From Laetmonice hystrix (taxonomy: Eukaryota): DNA of 64,000 bases. Positions 59,701-64,000 of the stretch are shown here, in pieces. The stretch spans positions 30,754,001 through 30,818,000 of the forward strand of contig OZ249436.1 in NCBI GenBank assembly GCA_965235115.1, given 5' to 3'. The translations under genes were made by a program, and so were the position numbers. The notes under the pieces were generated by a model. It was given only the letters and a program-made list of their open reading frames with translations, was not told the origin of the DNA and did not search any database. Within the stretch, counting starts at the first letter, position 1; every line of letters starts with the position of its first letter.

Positions 59701-62700
59701 CTTCACACAGATAAAGACGGTATATGATAGCAGTTATTGCCCAATTTACTATATTAATACGAGATGGAATGTGTCTCTTTCCAGACTTTGGTAATCTTTC
59801 AATATTCGAGGGGAGATAACCATATACTTCAAATAAATACACACAATCGATACCTTTCCACATGTGGCCGTCTTGTTGAAACAAAATGAAATTTAGGCAT
59901 CTTTTCACCCTAACCTCTCATGAAGAACAAATTTAACCTGAAACAAAGAACCGTTATCTATAAATACCTGTCCTTTCATACAGAATACCAAATTGACTCA
60001 TGCCCAGAGGTTTCCTGACAGCAGATATTCTTTCTAAGATTAAATTTTGACCCTTCTTGACCAACACGCTTAAGAGGGTGTCGGAGAGCGCCGAGATAAT
60101 CCCATGAGATGAACATCAGCTGATCCCACTATTGATTCCCATTCTGCCGGGACAATCGATCAGGCTGCCACATTAAGGCGTCCGTGACTCACACGTACAC
60201 ATGGCCCACTTGGTATCCAAGGGTGATGAGATCTTCTCGGTAGTATAAGACATGTAGGCCACATGGCCCATTGAAAGAGTCGAATTAGGACCCAGAAACA
60301 TCCAAGGCAATATGAATTAGTATGTCAAGGAGGAAGTGGCTTATCTCTCCTGCTTCACGACCTTAAGGCGCAGGTTTTTTTTATACATTCTTAGACGACT
60401 CGGAGACTAACTCGTAGTTATACGAATTGTCTCCGTTTCCTTGGTTTCCTTCATTCTGTTTAAGGAGAGCTGTGCTACAGTGTATTCTACTGTGCTTGAT
60501 GCTTCTGGGAAATTATAAGAGACACTCTGCTCACCTACCTGCACCATCAGTGGGATATTTACTTCCGCTTCCTGCCTGCTGCACTCAGTAATCCATGGAT
60601 GATATTTTCTCACCAGTTCAGCAGACCGTTATTTCTCGGCCAAGCGGCACCTCCTGAATGCTGATTACGACAGTCAATGTTTCTAGAAACCTCTGTGATA
60701 TTGCGAGTTCTTCCCAAACGGGAAGGTGTCAGCGTAGATGTCTTCCTTACACTGCATCTTGAGCTCAAAGGGCTGTGAGCTGTGCTTGAGACAAGCTTCA
60801 ATCCCCTGCAGGAGAAAGCCTCAGACGTGTGGTATACCGTGCTACAGGCAATGAGGGCAAGTCTAGGTTGGAACGGCTCCGAGAAGCAATTACACCGTCG
60901 GCAGAGAGCAAGAGATATGACCTGGGTCGCAGGTAGCTGTGGTTATCAAGGCTAGGAGACCTCTCCAACGGTCGAACGGAGGGGTGGGCGGGCGTTAACT
61001 TCCCGCCTCCACGGCCTCGGCAACAACATAACGAGTAACCTGAGGCTCCATCTTGATGCCCCACTCCCACCTTAACCCCACACTCACCGTCAGCTCTCAT
61101 CAACCATCGATCATATCATTACATTTTGTGCCATGCTAAAAGGTCACCCACCATCTTTGAAAAAACACGTGTCAGGTAATGAGAATATAAGGAATATATT
61201 ATTCTACCGGAAACCTTTCTTATGTGCTACTTATCATTTCTACCGGCAGGAGTTCTAAAATTTCACCCCAGAAAAGTTCATCTCTTGATCTTCCGGCCTG
61301 CCTTCGCCGTGTTCAACGCCTGGATAAGCCAGCTGGCCGGCGCCCATAACTGTGTCAGCAGATCAGACTGGGCGACACGAATAAGAGCGCTATATCTCAC
61401 TGGTCTGACATGCAGCGCTCTGCATGTGGTCAACCCTTCATCTCTGACAGTGAGCCACAGGGCCGCCACCCTATCCACATCTCCCCCGTGTGGTTCTCAC
61501 GATCAAGTCACTCACCATTGACTTCTTTCAACCAAGCTCAGCGGACGCTAGTGTTTTCTTAAACACGAATGCATGCCTGAATACCAAAATCAGCATGTCA
61601 TATTGTTTTTAATTATTCCTGAACAAATGTTTAACTTGTATGTATTGGGAAAACGAAATTAATTTATGATAAAAAAACGACAACTGGAAAATAACTGCAA
61701 CAGGTGTTAAGCGATGTATCTCAGTTCTGGTATCTATGTTTTATATATGATAGGTATCATCCCTACCACAGACAAAACCTGCGTATGACCTATCACATAT
61801 ATCATAACAACTAAAAGATACACCAGTACTTAATACCCATGGGAAGTTAAATCTTAAAAAGCTATAAGACCACTGACTCAACAAGTTTATTTTACATTCA
61901 TATATCTAAAGCAAAACGACACTGTCCCACTGAACTCTCCAATGTCACTACTTTGTGCAAACCTTTTCAAACTAAAACCTTTACTTTCTCAAATGTCCAG
62001 AAGCAAATCTTATCAATCTAGCACAAATCTGGCATTAACCACACCAAGACTGTCACATTACAGTGCTACGTGGGCTGTTTGTTACCCATAATTATACACG
62101 ATTACAACATCCGCAGTATTAGACAGAGATCCAGAAATAGAGAGATGTCTGGCTATATACAGCGCTACACACTGAAAAACTCCTATCGACGTGCTGGTCT
62201 ATATCATCACCGGCTCCACGGTCTAGCCAGGCTTCCTCCCTGGTGCAGCCATTGCACCAACGTGGCCTCAGCATCATCATCGCCATCATCAGCCTCATCA
62301 TCAGCATCCTAGATGTGAGAGGCTGGCAGGTATTGCTGCGGTAGGCCCAGTCACCAGACGGAGTTGTTACTATAAACAGATTCAGACGAAGCCCTACCAG
62401 CAGCGGCCTCATTGCGAACATCAAACCGGTCAGGTGCAACCAGGAGCAATACGAGGTTCTCTGGTTCTCCAGTAGTCGAGTACATCAGGTCAATATCGTG
62501 CATTGTACGGTTAGGACCAATTCTGTCTTAAATGAAAAGCAATGATCTAATCACATGAACAAAACAACCGTTACGAATACTGAAATACACTGATCACTAT
62601 ATGAAAATTACATTCTAATCTACGATGGTGAGTATAATGTCAGCCCAGGAGGCATCTCTTATGAAAGCGTTAGCCTGCAGTGTTGTAGATAGAGTGAATG

Positions 62701-62730
62701 TTTCATTACAGTAGAGTGTTTATAGTGAAC

Positions 62731-62811
62731 CGACGCGGCGGGTTGGAATCGAACCAAAACGAAACCACAGGTGGCCTTCAGGTATTTGCCAAACCCACTG
62801 GGCCACAGAGC
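62731..62811 (-). mobile_element. Decayed tRNA-derived SINE head (A and B boxes only)
   Basis: Minus strand GCTCTG-TGGCCCAGTGG...GGTTCGATTCC-AACCCGCCGCG; I cannot fold a cloverleaf and see no TSD. Confidence 0.5.
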
Positions 62812-64000
62812 TTCTCCTGTACCCTAACGAGCCACATGTGAGGTGCCAGGTCAATCACTCATGTCCGAAGATTACCTGCTCCAATCCAACAAACGAATCG
62901 AGATTCAAGATCCGTTGGTGCTCACAATATAGGTTGAATGACAGTTTCCCTCAAAACAAACAAAGCGTTGGGTATTTGCATTTCTGCCTATCCACAGGAA
63001 CCCTGTCAATGCCAGGTTTCCATAGAAACGTGGATATACATCAAAAGGATGAGGAACATGGTGGTTCGTGGGAGGTCGAACACTACAATTTATGACGTTT
63101 TCACATGCAATGTCAGTGGTTTCTTCTCCCCATGTAAGCCGTACCTTAGTTCAGGTAACAGCTATGGCCTCTTCACATGAATGCCGTACATACCTGTATT
63201 TTATCACCTGTCCTTACAGTACAACATCCCACTCAAAATCAACTTTCTTCACTTTAACTGACCAATTATTTAATGTAGTGAAGGCTGCCAATTTTCAGTC
63301 AGTAAACTAACAACTATTTTAGAGATTAAAGGCAGCCTCTTGCATATATTACGAACATTTGATAGTGACTTCGTGCGCATTTTCTACGGGTTCTACGGTA
63401 CCATCCCTTCAACCTTACATCAATATTACTTGTCTTGACAGTGGATCCGAGTTCATGCCATTGTCAGACGCAACGAGTGGGAGTTACATCTCATTTCAGA
63501 AACTTTTGAAATGCCTTTCATTGCTATCTGGCCAAATTCTTTGGCCGTTTCACCAAACTATGCAGGCCTTCCCTCCCGCAAGTATTGGTCTCCAAGATAG
63601 GGCTGTACCCACTGTTCAATGGGGTCGCCTCCCTTTGTATGTGGCTGGAATCAATCTCCTTAGGGTGCCCATTAACGTTATGGTGACCAACAATGGAAGC
63701 TGACCACAGGTCTTATGGCCAAATCAGGTGAAATGTTCAATTAGCCTTGCTCATCATTGATTATTCATGCTACATGTACATATTATTTTCATTGCCAAGA
63801 CATACGTCCGAGACGTTGCTGTAGTGAATTTAGTTACACTTTTGAACGAAGTGGTCATGGATGGAAAGAATCACTTTTGAGGTATGTCCACATTTGATAC
63901 TTTATTACTGACAGTGTGTCTCTCAGAAAGGTTGTGATGAAGTCACTCTTGTGGTTCATTATCATGAATATATTAAAATCTTACAGGGTCCACAAGAACT

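Overview
This is eukaryotic, moderately AT-rich, almost entirely non-coding DNA. The SINE domains and (CACT)n-tailed LINE ends suggest a marine invertebrate, probably a mollusc (inference). I recognise no intact protein-coding gene: the window reads as a long intron or intergenic stretch, with one plausible minus-strand exon at about 46.4-46.6 kb. Mobile elements I can support: a ~2.06-kb TIR element carrying the 3' end of an RNase H/CCHC LINE (I/Nimb-like); a second, 5'-truncated copy of that LINE with a TSD; two full-length tRNA-derived SINEs with TSDs, one inside a minisatellite and one interrupted by a MITE; PIF/Harbinger-type MITEs including a near-identical pair 25 kb apart; a Kolobok-like foldback; and a decayed BEL/Pao integrase. 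There are also eight unrelated tandem arrays with 27-79 bp units. The most coherent system is a LINE plus two SINE families that share one 3' tail, where all three TSD-bounded insertions show tail/target microhomology. Nearly all ORFs in the track are spurious. I found no CRISPR array, rRNA or true tRNA gene, and I cannot claim a new gene system from sequence alone.
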